NCBI GenBank assembly: GCA_965277805.1
Contig: OZ255842.1
Span: forward strand, 4,608,001-4,672,000
Direction of reading: 5' to 3'
From: Candidatus Lustribacter sp.
GTDB lineage: Bacteria > Vulcanimicrobiota > Vulcanimicrobiia > Vulcanimicrobiales > Vulcanimicrobiaceae
DNA: 64,000 bases
Shown: positions 37,172 to 46,540 of the stretch, in pieces
Numbering within the stretch: position 1 is the first letter of the stretch
Layout of the letters: every line of letters begins with the position of its first letter
The notes under the pieces: model-generated
Told to the model about the DNA's origin: nothing
What the model saw: the letters and a program-made list of their open reading frames with translations, nothing else
The model's database searches: none
Position numbers and translations under genes: made by a program

Positions 37172-38178
37172 TGGCAACGATTCTTCCGCGCCCGATCGAG
37201 CCGCTCGAAGAGGCCGAACCCAGTTCGTTTGATCACGCGGATCCGCTCGGTATTCGCGCCGGCACGCCGACGCGCATCGATCGCTTACGACACATGATGG
37301 TCGATACGCAGGTCGGGACGATCTGGCTCGGTACCTGGGGCGTCTTTTCCGCGATGCTCTTCCTGGCCGGCACCGGCGTGGTCTTTCTGGCGGCGATGGA
37401 CCAAGTCGGCGGCAGTCCGTGGCTGGTGGTCAAGTACTTCGCGAACCTGAACCTCGCGCCGCCCGACGGGTTGGGTTTGGCCCACTCGCTTCGCAACGGC
37501 GGCTACTGGCAGATCACGCTTACATTATGGGCCGGCTCGACGATCTTTTGGGCGGCCCGCTGCTTCGAACGGCTCGCGCGTCACAAGTGGCGCCCGTTCT
37601 TGCTGTTCGCGTGGCTCTCGGCGATTTTTTTGACCGCGTGCATCTGGGTGTTCCATCCGCTGATCGTCGGCTCGTGGGCCGATGCGCCGGCGCTCGGCCT
37701 GAACTCCGATTTGCAATGGGCGCAGAACTTCAGCGTGCTGTGGGGTAACCTGTACTACAACCCCTTCCATCAGCTCGCGATTTTCTTCTTACTCGGCAGT
37801 ACGATGCTCTGGGGGATGCACGGCGCAACGATCCTCGCGACCGGCAGCGAGAGCAGCCATCACGAGGATGCCGAGATCAAGAACATGAGCTCGGGCTCCC
37901 AGAAAGCCGCGCTGTTCTGGAAATGGACCATGGGCTTCAACGCCTTTCCGAAGTCGATCCACGACTATCTGTGGTGGTTTGCGGTGGGAACGGTGTTGGC
38001 TTCGGGTATCGGCATCCTTACCACCGGCGTTATAACGCGGGACTGGTACGTTTGGGGCGTCGATCACGGTACCGTTTCGCAGTACGGTCCGATAACACGT
38101 GAGGCGATCAACGAGTATCCTCGGCCGATGCCTCCCATGCCGGCTCCGGGCGGCTACATGCCGGCTCCGGCCAGATAA
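37171..38178 (+). CDS. pufM: Type II reaction centre M subunit
   Basis: QVGTIWLG, GGYWQ, GNLYYNPFH, MHGATILA, ALFWKWTMGFNA, SIH; ATG overlaps pufL TGA. Confidence 0.98.
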   Translation: MATILPRPIEPLEEAEPSSFDHADPLGIRAGTPTRIDRLRHMMVDTQVGTIWLGTWGVFSAMLFLAGTGVVFLAAMDQVGGSPWLVVKYFANLNLAPPDGLGLAHSLRNGGYWQITLTLWAGSTIFWAARCFERLARHKWRPFLLFAWLSAIFLTACIWVFHPLIVGSWADAPALGLNSDLQWAQNFSVLWGNLYYNPFHQLAIFFLLGSTMLWGMHGATILATGSESSHHEDAEIKNMSSGSQKAALFWKWTMGFNAFPKSIHDYLWWFAVGTVLASGIGILTTGVITRDWYVWGVDHGTVSQYGPITREAINEYPRPMPPMPAPGGYMPAPAR

Positions 38179-38190
38179 GGCGCAACAGCG

Positions 38191-39102
38191 ATGCGGCGGA
38201 CTTGGCTTGGCGTTTTCACGATCGTGTTCGGTCTCACGTTCGGCGGCCTGATACAGCCGCTCGTCGAACGCACCCATGCCGCGACGATCGTTACCGGCGA
38301 AGACAACGGTGGAACGATCGGGACGGGCGTGGAGACTCCGCCGCACGCGCCGCGTTACGGTCCCGTGGATCAGAAGGCGCCGTTGGACTTCAAGACGCAG
38401 CCGGCGGGCGTTCCGCACGCCTATGCCGCCGGTCGCCTATACAACGTGCAAGTCCTCAAAGGCGGCTATGGCGACGTCGTCGCGCAGATGACGGATTACA
38501 CGCAAGCGCTGGGGGTCGGCTGCGAGTACTGCCACAACACGAGCAATTTTGCGTACGACACGCCGACGAAGCAAATCGCGCGCACGATGATCAAGATGGT
38601 CGGAAGCATTCAGACCGACTGGGTCGGGCCCGTTCATAAGGATTTTCCCAACTTTGCCGTCACCGGCGCCGTCGGGTGCATCACGTGTCATCGCGGTTCG
38701 CCGCTGCACCCGGTGGCCTACAACATCGTGCCCGTCCAGTATCTGGACTGGCCGGCGAAATCCAGCCGTCAGGCCGGCTTCGTCGTCAACTCGATGTACT
38801 CGGTGTCAAAATCGCTGGGCGTGAACTGCCTGTTCTGCCACAACTCGGCCGACTTCGTGACGCTCCAGTCGTATCCGACCAATCGGATCGCTCACCGGAT
38901 GTGGCAAATGGTCGACACGATCAATCACAAATATTTGCCCCCGAACATTGAAGCCGTTACGTGCTACACGTGCCATCACGGCGCAAAGTGGCCGACCGAA
39001 CTTGTTGCCGGAGGAGAAGATCAGTCTCCGGCAAAAGCGCGAGCCCTGCGCCCCGAAGTCCACCTCAATCCGGGAGCGCACACGGCCTCGGGAGTTCAGT
39101 GA
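38191..39102 (+). CDS. pufC: RC-bound tetrahaem cytochrome c
   Basis: Four CxxCH (CEYCH, CITCH, CLFCH, CYTCH); YNVQVL, ALGVGC, IARTMIKMV. Confidence 0.95.
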   Translation: MRRTWLGVFTIVFGLTFGGLIQPLVERTHAATIVTGEDNGGTIGTGVETPPHAPRYGPVDQKAPLDFKTQPAGVPHAYAAGRLYNVQVLKGGYGDVVAQMTDYTQALGVGCEYCHNTSNFAYDTPTKQIARTMIKMVGSIQTDWVGPVHKDFPNFAVTGAVGCITCHRGSPLHPVAYNIVPVQYLDWPAKSSRQAGFVVNSMYSVSKSLGVNCLFCHNSADFVTLQSYPTNRIAHRMWQMVDTINHKYLPPNIEAVTCYTCHHGAKWPTELVAGGEDQSPAKARALRPEVHLNPGAHTASGVQ

Positions 39103-39779
39103 TGGATTTCTTTTGGAGTCTGCCTAAAGCCAGCATCGCCGGTCTAAACGATCCGCTCAACGAGCTTTTTGCGACCGTCCAGCCGCGCCGATACGACGAG
39201 CGAACGATCATCAGCGATCCCGACAACGGACCGGAGCGCGCGTTCCTATGTACGAGCGGAACGCTGAAGGTTACGAAGCTGCTCTCCAACGGGCGCGAGA
39301 TCCTAATCACGATCCTCGAATCGGGTTCGATTTGGAGCGATCGTTCCTTGCTCAAGGGCTATTGGCGCGAGGTCTACATCGAGACGATGTCGGCCGTGAA
39401 TATGGTCTCGATCGAAAAAGAGGCGTTCGAACGGTACGTCTGTAGCGACTCGGAGCGCCTGACGCAGTTCATGATGCGGATCTCGGAACAGATGAGCGAT
39501 GCGCTCACGCTGCTCGAGGATTTCCGCGGGCGTGACGTCGCCTCGCGCCTAGCTTCCGTGCTCGTGCGCTTTTCCAAACAGTACGGCGTAGAGAAAGAAA
39601 GTTCGGTCGTCATCGACCTGCCGTTTACGCATCAAGACCTCGCCAACATGATCGGCACGGCTCGCGAAACCGTCAGCCGCAACATGGCCCGCTTCCGCGC
39701 CGAGGGCTACCTCCGGGGCGGCCAGATGGCTACTCTCGAGATCCTCAACCTCAATTCGCTCGAGGCCCTCATCGTCTAG
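39102..39779 (+). CDS. Crp/Fnr-family regulator, CRP-like recognition helix, translationally coupled to pufC
   Basis: SGTLKV..NGREI; PFTHQDLANMIGTARETVSR; TGATG overlap with pufC. Confidence 0.92.
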   Translation: MDFFWSLPKASIAGLNDPLNELFATVQPRRYDERTIISDPDNGPERAFLCTSGTLKVTKLLSNGREILITILESGSIWSDRSLLKGYWREVYIETMSAVNMVSIEKEAFERYVCSDSERLTQFMMRISEQMSDALTLLEDFRGRDVASRLASVLVRFSKQYGVEKESSVVIDLPFTHQDLANMIGTARETVSRNMARFRAEGYLRGGQMATLEILNLNSLEALIV

Positions 39780-39781
39780 AC

Positions 39782-39839
39782 GTCACCCCGGGGAGCAAAA
39801 CGGTACTCTCCCTCCCGCCGCCTGGCTCCTCGGGGTGAT
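39782..39839 (+). other. Stem-loop (GTCACCCCGGGGAGC / GCTCCTCGGGGTGAT) after the puf operon
   Basis: 15-bp inverted repeat with G-U pairs; no U-tract. Confidence 0.55.
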
Positions 39840-39849
39840 GGCTATCACC
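39834..39849. promoter_or_regulatory. CRP-type box GGTGAT-GGCT-ATCACC; -10 TACGAT 39871-39876 for bchFCXYZ
   Basis: Perfect 6-bp arms; centre 41.5 bp upstream of predicted TSS 39883; GGAGG RBS follows. Confidence 0.85.
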
Positions 39850-39898
39850 GCAGGCGGACGCCCCTGACCGTACGATAGCTGCGGAGGGCACCCCCCGA

Positions 39899-40381
39899 TT
39901 GCTATCTTTCACGTCGGTCCAAGAGCGGCGAGACGCAAGCAAATGGACGCGGATTCATCCGATTTTCGCCATTGGCCAGTTGGGCGTGTTCCTGGTCAGC
40001 GTCGTCCTGCTCGCGCTCTATGCCGCGCACCTGGTCCCGTTTGCCGCCGTCTACTTGAGTGTACTGCTCAAGATTGTCTTGATGGCCGGCGCGGTCGTAA
40101 CCGGCTCGCTCTGGGAGCACGACGTCTTCGGCGAGTGGTGGTTTGCCGAAGAGTTCTTCGTCGAGGACGTCATGACGTTGAACGTGTTTCTGCTGCACAT
40201 TGCGGTCGTCGTGATGTACTTCACCATGCCGCACCAGCTCGGCGCCGTCGCGGGACTCTTGGTCTTCGCATACGTGATCTACGCGATCAACGTCGCACAG
40301 TACATCACGCAGCACGCGAGCGCGCGCGCTCCGGCCGTCGCATCCGGTGAAGCCGTGAAGAAGACGGACGTCGCCGCGTGA
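39899..40381 (+). CDS. bchF: 3-vinyl bacteriochlorophyllide hydratase
   Basis: RRDASKWT, VTGSLWEHDVFG..FAEEFFVED, YAINVAQY. Confidence 0.93.
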   Translation: MLSFTSVQERRDASKWTRIHPIFAIGQLGVFLVSVVLLALYAAHLVPFAAVYLSVLLKIVLMAGAVVTGSLWEHDVFGEWWFAEEFFVEDVMTLNVFLLHIAVVVMYFTMPHQLGAVAGLLVFAYVIYAINVAQYITQHASARAPAVASGEAVKKTDVAA

Positions 40382-41328
40382 ACGCACGTGCCGTGGTCTT
40401 CGAAGAAGCCGGACGCGTCGATCTGCGTTCGGTCGAACTGCGTGCCGCTCAGCCCGACGAGATCGTCGTCGACACATCGTTTTCTTCAATTTCGAGTGGC
40501 ACGGAGCGGCTGCTGTTTGCGGGCAAGCTGCCGGGTATGCCGCAGATCCGATATCCGCTGGTTCCGGGGTACGAAGCCGCCGGAACGGTCACCGGCGTGG
40601 GTGAAGACGTGCGCGGTTTCGCGCTCGGCGACGCCGTGTTCGTCGGTGGCAGCATGTGTTATGCAGACGTCGCGGCAGCGTTCGGGGGGCAGTCGTCGCG
40701 CACGATCAAACGCGCGACGCAGGCCGTCCCGCTCAACGGCATCGAGCCCGCCCAGGCGCCGCTGCTCGCGCTGGCGGCGACGGCTTTGCACGGCGTACGG
40801 CGACTGGGCGATGTCGGCGGGTTGCGCGTTGCGGTGCTCGGGATGGGCGCGGTCGGACAGCTGGCCGCGAGCTTTCTTACGGCCGCCGGTGCCGAGGTCG
40901 TCGCGGTCGACCGTTCGGCCGAGCGTCTCGCGACCGCGAGCGCAGCCGAGAAGATCGACGTCAGCGGCGCGACGTTGGAAGAACAGCTTTCGGCGCCGGT
41001 GCAGCATGCAATCGAGGCCACCGGAATCTCGAGCGAGATCGCGCGTTGCGCGCGCGCGATGCAACTCGGGGGCAAGATCGTACTGCTCTCTTACTACGAC
41101 GAGGTCATGACGCCGTTCGTCGACTTGTTCGTCAAAGAGGCGACGCTGCTGGTGAGCCGCGAGTGGGCCTTTGACGATTTGCTCGCTGCGCGCGACGCAG
41201 TGGCCGGCGGAGCCGTCAAACTCGGGGCGCTCGCCAGCCACGTCATCCCGATCGAACGCTATAAGTCGGCCTACGAGACCGCGTTCAACGACCCGTCGAT
41301 CCTCAAGGTGGTGCTCCAATGGGCGTAA
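40378..41328 (+). CDS. bchC: Bacteriochlorophyllide a dehydrogenase
   Basis: SSISSGTERL, YPLVPGYE, LLALAATALHG, SREW. Confidence 0.93.
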   Translation: MNARAVVFEEAGRVDLRSVELRAAQPDEIVVDTSFSSISSGTERLLFAGKLPGMPQIRYPLVPGYEAAGTVTGVGEDVRGFALGDAVFVGGSMCYADVAAAFGGQSSRTIKRATQAVPLNGIEPAQAPLLALAATALHGVRRLGDVGGLRVAVLGMGAVGQLAASFLTAAGAEVVAVDRSAERLATASAAEKIDVSGATLEEQLSAPVQHAIEATGISSEIARCARAMQLGGKIVLLSYYDEVMTPFVDLFVKEATLLVSREWAFDDLLAARDAVAGGAVKLGALASHVIPIERYKSAYETAFNDPSILKVVLQWA

Positions 41329-42323
41329 GCAAAAACCTCACGGTCGCGATCTACGGCAAGGGCGGTGCGGGGAAGTCGTTTCTCACCAGCATGATCGCCA
41401 AAGCGCTGACCGCGCGCCGGAAGCGCGTGCTGCAAATGGGTTGCGACCCAAAACACGACAGCGTCGTGACGCATTTCGGCGGCGCGTTAATTCCTACGGT
41501 GCTCGGAACGTGGGCGAAGTTCGACGCCGAGGGCCGCGCCGACGATCTCGCGCCGGAAGACGTTATGTTCAAAGGCGACGGCGTCTATTGCATGGAGCTG
41601 GGAGGACCGGAATCGGCTCGCGGCTGCGGGGGCCGGGGCATCACGTTCGGATTCCAGATGCTGGAAAAGTGGGGCCTCTCGGAGTGGAATTTCCACTACA
41701 TGCTGCTCGATTTTCTGGGCGACGTCGTTTGCGGCGGCTTTGGTACGCCGATCGCGCGCTCGATGGCCGACAAACTGATCATCGTTTGCAGCAATGAAGC
41801 CCAGTCGATGTACGCGGCCAACAACATCGCCTCCGCCGCGCGCTATTTCGCCAATAACGGCGGCCGCACGAAATGTCTGGGCCTCTTCGTCAACAAGGAC
41901 GATGGCTCGGGCAAAGCCGATCGCATGGCGGACGCGCTCGGCATTCCGGTGCTCGCGAAGCTGCCGCTGCTGCCGCAGGACGAGGTCCTGGTCGACGGCG
42001 TCCCGCACCCGTTGATCGCGGCCGCGGTGGAGCGCGTGATCGCGGCGATCGATACCGTGGATGCGGTCGTTCCCGATGCGGTCGACTTCGTCGAGTTCAT
42101 GATGTCGCTGCACGGCAACGCCTCGAAGATGGATGGAACGGCAGTGACCTCCGATGAGCTGTGGACGCTCGGCGACAACGACGATCTGCTCGCCGGTGTT
42201 CCCAACGGCGGCCGGCCCGATCACCGGTATCTCGAGAGCGAAGACGACGCGGACCGTGCGTTCGGCCCGACGATCATCTCGGTCGGCGGCGGCGCAGTTC
42301 CCGCCGGCGCCTGGGAGCGCTAG
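41319..42323 (+). CDS. bchX: Chlorophyllide a reductase iron protein
   Basis: [47 protein letters not shown]. Confidence 0.93.
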   Translation: MGVSKNLTVAIYGKGGAGKSFLTSMIAKALTARRKRVLQMGCDPKHDSVVTHFGGALIPTVLGTWAKFDAEGRADDLAPEDVMFKGDGVYCMELGGPESARGCGGRGITFGFQMLEKWGLSEWNFHYMLLDFLGDVVCGGFGTPIARSMADKLIIVCSNEAQSMYAANNIASAARYFANNGGRTKCLGLFVNKDDGSGKADRMADALGIPVLAKLPLLPQDEVLVDGVPHPLIAAAVERVIAAIDTVDAVVPDAVDFVEFMMSLHGNASKMDGTAVTSDELWTLGDNDDLLAGVPNGGRPDHRYLESEDDADRAFGPTIISVGGGAVPAGAWER

Positions 42324-42332
42324 GGCAAGTAC

Positions 42333-43637
42333 ATGAGTAAACAGCCGTCGTCGATGTGTCCGGCGTTCGGTGCCGTGCGCAATCTGCTGCGCATGGAAGA
42401 TGCCATGCCGATCGTCATTTCGTCCGGTGACGGCTGCCTCTACGGCCACACGTTCGTCGCGCACTTCTACGTGGCCAACCGGCCGATCTATTCGCCCGGC
42501 GTCTCCTCGGAGATCTGGGCCAAGGGCAGCGCGTTCGACGAACTGCGCGCGATGGTCGTGCGGATGGCAGAAGAGCACCAGCCGGCGCTCATCCCGATCT
42601 GTTCGCTGTGCGTCTCGGACACCGTCGGCTTGCCGTTCGATCTGCTGCCCAAGCAGATCGGCAACACCGAAGTGGTCTACGTTCCGTTACCGGCGTACAG
42701 CGTGCACACGCACGCGCGGGCGAAAGACATCGTCGTCGATTCGCTGGTGTGGCGTCTGCCGCCGCAGCGGAAGGCGCGAGCCGGCGTCAACTTGATCGGC
42801 GAGATTTTTCCGTCGGATCCGATCAAGATCGACGAAGTCTTGCGCGCGATCGGGACGCACGTCAACACGCACGTGCCGGGCCCGCGCTGGGCAGATTACG
42901 TTGCAATGGTCGACGGCGCGCTTAACGCCCCGCTGCATCCGTTTTATAGCGAGAGCGTGAAGCGGATGAAGATGAAGCAGGGCTTGCCGTTCGTGGAGGG
43001 TGCGCCGGTCGGCATCGACGGCACCTATCGCTGGATCACGTCGGTCGGCACGGCGCTCGGGCTCGACCGGGCGACCGTCGAACGTGTCGCGAGCGACGAG
43101 CGCGAGCGCGTGCGGCTGGCGATTGCCGATTATCCGCTCAACGGATTGACCTTCATCGTGGCCGGCTACGAAGGGCACGAGTTTTTACTGGTGCGGCTCC
43201 TGATCGAAGCCGGCGCGAACGTCCCCTATCTCTCGACCGCAGTGAACGCGAACCCGCTGGCGCGCGAAGAAGCGGCCTGGCTCGAGGCGCACGGCTGCAG
43301 AGTGCTCTACGGCGCGAACTTCGAAGACGAGATCCGGGCGCTGACGGATCGCCCCTACGACTGCGTGATCGGCACGACGCCGCTCTGCGCCCACGCCAAA
43401 GAACTGGGCATTCCCTCGATCTACTATACGAACGCCATCGCGACGCGGTCGCTGATGCTCGCCTCGGGGGCGGCCGAGGTGCTGGGTCTGGTCGCGCAAA
43501 CCGTGCGCGCCAAGCCGCGCTACGACCGCATCGCGCGCTTCTTCGCCGCTGACGGCGCGAAGCTCGAGCGCTCGTACACGTCGTGGGCGCCGAAGATCGA
43601 TATCACGGCGCAGCTGATCGCCAACCGCGCGCTCTGA
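42333..43637 (+). CDS. bchY: Chlorophyllide a reductase subunit Y
   Basis: SMCPAFG, GCLYG, SLCV, LIGEIFPSDP, GAPVG, IGTTP. Confidence 0.92.
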   Translation: MSKQPSSMCPAFGAVRNLLRMEDAMPIVISSGDGCLYGHTFVAHFYVANRPIYSPGVSSEIWAKGSAFDELRAMVVRMAEEHQPALIPICSLCVSDTVGLPFDLLPKQIGNTEVVYVPLPAYSVHTHARAKDIVVDSLVWRLPPQRKARAGVNLIGEIFPSDPIKIDEVLRAIGTHVNTHVPGPRWADYVAMVDGALNAPLHPFYSESVKRMKMKQGLPFVEGAPVGIDGTYRWITSVGTALGLDRATVERVASDERERVRLAIADYPLNGLTFIVAGYEGHEFLLVRLLIEAGANVPYLSTAVNANPLAREEAAWLEAHGCRVLYGANFEDEIRALTDRPYDCVIGTTPLCAHAKELGIPSIYYTNAIATRSLMLASGAAEVLGLVAQTVRAKPRYDRIARFFAADGAKLERSYTSWAPKIDITAQLIANRAL

Positions 43638-45223
43638 TGGCTCAGATTCGCGAGAACATCGCCGAGAGCGAGCTGGTATCGGACGTCGTCAATACGCCGA
43701 TTCGCAAGCAGGTCACCGATCTCGATCATGCGGGCGGCGACACGGGCGCGATGCAGGTCTTTGCATCGCTGCGCGACGCGAACGTCGTGCTCGACGGGCC
43801 GGTGGGCTGTCATGTGATGCCGGCGGTGGCCGTCATCAACTACACCGATTCGGTTCCCTACTTGCAGAACGTCACGTGTTCGGAGCTCTCCGAGACCGAG
43901 GTAACGCTGGCCGGCACGCTCGGTGCCCTCAAGGCGAAGGTCGCGCAAGCGGAGGCCGACGGTCGCCAAGTGTTCATCGTCTCGACGCCGGTCTCCGAGT
44001 TGATCGGCGCGGCATGGACGACCGAACGCGCGCACGAGCCGCGCTCCGCGCTCTTCTTCGATTCGCATTCGCTCGACGACGACGAGTGGAAGTCGCGCGA
44101 TCGTGCGCTGCTCTTTCTCTGGCAGAATCGCGCACACTTCGCCGCCCCCGAGGGCACTCAGGCGGTGCCCGTTCCGGCGCGGCCGTCGGTGAACATCATC
44201 GGGCCGACGTACGGCAACTTCAACTCTTATAGCGATCTGGCGGAGATCAAGCGGCTCGTCGAGGGCATCGGCGCCGCCGTCAATCTGGTCTACCCGTTCG
44301 AAGCGAACTCGTACGACACGGCGCGTTTGGCGGACGCCGGTGCGACGATCGTGATGTATGCGGAGTACGGGCGCTCGCTGGCTCGCGAACTCGGTCTGCC
44401 GGCGTTCGCGGCCCCGATCGGTCTCGAACCGACGACGGAGTTTCTACGGGGACTCGGCGCCGCGCTCGGCTTGGAAGCGCAAGCCGAGGCGTTCATCCGG
44501 CTCGAAAAAAAGACCACCTTGAATGCATGGCACGACATCTGGCGCTCGACGCACAGCGACTTCTTCGCTAACGCACCGATCGCGGTGGTCGCGCCACCGA
44601 CCTACAAGGATGGACTGACGTATTACCTGGGCGAGGAGCTGGGGCTGCCGATCGCGTTTTCCGCCTACCGTACGGGGCCGGAAAGCGCGCCGAGCGAGGA
44701 CGTCCGGCACGCGCTGCGGGATCTCAGCCCCTCGCCGATGATCGTGTTCGGCTCGATCAACGAGCGCATGATCGTGGCGCAAGAGAAACTGCCGTCGCTG
44801 TTCTTGCAGTGTTCGTTCCCGGGCGCCGTCGTGCGCCGCGCGACCGGTACGCCCTTCGTCGGCTACGCGGGCGCCGTGTGGCTCTTGCAGTGCGTGTGCG
44901 AGGCGCTTTTCGACGTGCTCTTCGCGAACTTGCCCACGTCCGCGGCGCCGCCCGAGAAGGCCCTCGTCCCCACGCGTGAACTGATGCGCGACGCCGGCGA
45001 AGCCGTCGCCGCGTTGGGTAAGGGGCAGAACAGCGTGATCGCGTGGACCGCCGATGCGAAAGCGCTGGCTGAAGTCACGCTCAAGCGCGTGCCGTTCTTC
45101 GTCCGCGTGTCGGTGAACAAAAAACTCCGCTCCGAAGCGGAGAAGCTCGCGCGCGAACGTACCGGTACCGTCGACGCCGAGATCATCCGCGAGCTCACTG
45201 CCCGCTACGCTCCCGGCCGCTAA
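43637..45223 (+). CDS. bchZ: Chlorophyllide a reductase subunit Z
   Basis: DLDHAGG, DGPVGC, NYTD, GPTYGNFN..DLAEIKRL, RRATGTPFVGYAGA. Confidence 0.93.
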   Translation: MAQIRENIAESELVSDVVNTPIRKQVTDLDHAGGDTGAMQVFASLRDANVVLDGPVGCHVMPAVAVINYTDSVPYLQNVTCSELSETEVTLAGTLGALKAKVAQAEADGRQVFIVSTPVSELIGAAWTTERAHEPRSALFFDSHSLDDDEWKSRDRALLFLWQNRAHFAAPEGTQAVPVPARPSVNIIGPTYGNFNSYSDLAEIKRLVEGIGAAVNLVYPFEANSYDTARLADAGATIVMYAEYGRSLARELGLPAFAAPIGLEPTTEFLRGLGAALGLEAQAEAFIRLEKKTTLNAWHDIWRSTHSDFFANAPIAVVAPPTYKDGLTYYLGEELGLPIAFSAYRTGPESAPSEDVRHALRDLSPSPMIVFGSINERMIVAQEKLPSLFLQCSFPGAVVRRATGTPFVGYAGAVWLLQCVCEALFDVLFANLPTSAAPPEKALVPTRELMRDAGEAVAALGKGQNSVIAWTADAKALAEVTLKRVPFFVRVSVNKKLRSEAEKLARERTGTVDAEIIRELTARYAPGR

Positions 45224-45229
45224 GGAAGA

Positions 45230-46540
45230 CTACTGGCTGTCCCTCGACAAGCTCGGGATGACAGTAGCGGGCACGCCGGCAGCGATAGCGCGCCGGGTAG
45301 CGATAACGGCTTCTTTGGCGGTGATGGAGGGGGGCGCCGTGTTGAGCGGCGCGCGCGGGGCGAGCCACCAGTTGGTGACGGCGCCGATCGCACCTTCGAA
45401 CATCAGGTTGAGGTGGTCGAGCGGCCGGACCGTTGCGAGATCCTTGAAGAGATAGCTGTCGAACGTCAGCTTCTGCACCGTATCGACGCGGCACATGTCG
45501 GTGAACCACTCGCGTTTGAAGTGCCCGGTGTACGAGATGCCTTCGAGAAACTCGAGGAAGTCGAACATCGCCCCGTATTTCTTCTGCCAGTTCTTCTCGT
45601 AGGTTTCGAGTTTGCCGGCGTAGCCGAAGAAGCCGGTGAGCGCGGTCGCGGCCATGCGGCCCGCGGCCATCGAGAAGTAGATGCCCTCGCCGGACGTGTG
45701 CGCGACCATGCCGGCGGCGTCCCCGACGAGCAGCGTGCGGCCGAAGACGAGCTTCTTGTTGCGCTTCATCGGCAGCGGGTGGCCTTCGAGCAGAATGCGC
45801 TTCGCGCCGCGCAGCTTCGCGCCGGCACGGGCTTTGACGCCTTCCAAGAACGCGTACGAGGCGTTTGCGTGTTCGGGACGGCAACCCGTGCCGACCGCCA
45901 CGTGATCGCTTTTCGGAAACACCCAGCCGTAGAAATCGGGCGAAATGTCATCGCCGAGGTAGAGCTCGGCCCGGTTTTCGTAGTACGCCATCGCGTCGGG
46001 CGGCAGTTCGAGACGCTCCTGGATCGCCGAAGCGTAGCGCACCGCGGGGCGGCCGACCGATTTGGCAACCGCGGAGCCGGCACCGTCGGCGCCGACGACG
46101 GCGTCACAATTGAGATATTCCTCGCGTTCGTCGCGGTATCGCACCCGGACGCGCAGCGTGCCGTCGGGCTGCGCCTCTTGCGAGACGAAGGCGGCCTCGC
46201 GGAGTTCGGCACCGGCCTGCTGCGCCTTCTCGCGCAGCGTGCGGTCGAGCACCTCGCGCGTGAGCATGATGATGTAGTCATCATCGCGCGCAACCGTGCC
46301 GCGTACGTCCATCTCGACCGTCGCGCCGCTCGGCGCGATGACCGTGGCGTGCGTGACCTTACGCTCGATGATCGAACGCGGGATGCCGAACTCGCTCATC
46401 GCCTTGGGCGGGATCGCGCCGCCGCAGGGTTTCTTGCGCTTGAGATCGCGCTCGAGCAGGATGACGTCCGCGCCCGTTGCGGCCAAGTCTCCCGCCGCGA
46501 CGCTTCCGCCGCAATTCGCTCCGACGACCACGACCTTCAT
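45230..46540 (-). CDS. bchP: Geranylgeranyl reductase
   Basis: KPCGGAIP, SPDFYGWVFPK, VGDAAG..SGEGIYF, VQKLTFDSYL. Confidence 0.95.
   Translation of the reverse strand: MKVVVVGANCGGSVAAGDLAATGADVILLERDLKRKKPCGGAIPPKAMSEFGIPRSIIERKVTHATVIAPSGATVEMDVRGTVARDDDYIIMLTREVLDRTLREKAQQAGAELREAAFVSQEAQPDGTLRVRVRYRDEREEYLNCDAVVGADGAGSAVAKSVGRPAVRYASAIQERLELPPDAMAYYENRAELYLGDDISPDFYGWVFPKSDHVAVGTGCRPEHANASYAFLEGVKARAGAKLRGAKRILLEGHPLPMKRNKKLVFGRTLLVGDAAGMVAHTSGEGIYFSMAAGRMAATALTGFFGYAGKLETYEKNWQKKYGAMFDFLEFLEGISYTGHFKREWFTDMCRVDTVQKLTFDSYLFKDLATVRPLDHLNLMFEGAIGAVTNWWLAPRAPLNTAPPSITAKEAVIATRRAIAAGVPATVIPSLSRDSQ
45240..45263. repeat. Terminal fragment of the palindromic element inside the bchP 3' end
   Basis: TCCCTCGACAAGCTCGGGATGACA shares the GCTCGGGATGACA terminus. 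Confidence 0.65.

Noticed and set aside
36353-38178. Roseiflexus-type fused pufLM
   Set aside because: pufL ends in TGA overlapping the pufM ATG in a different frame
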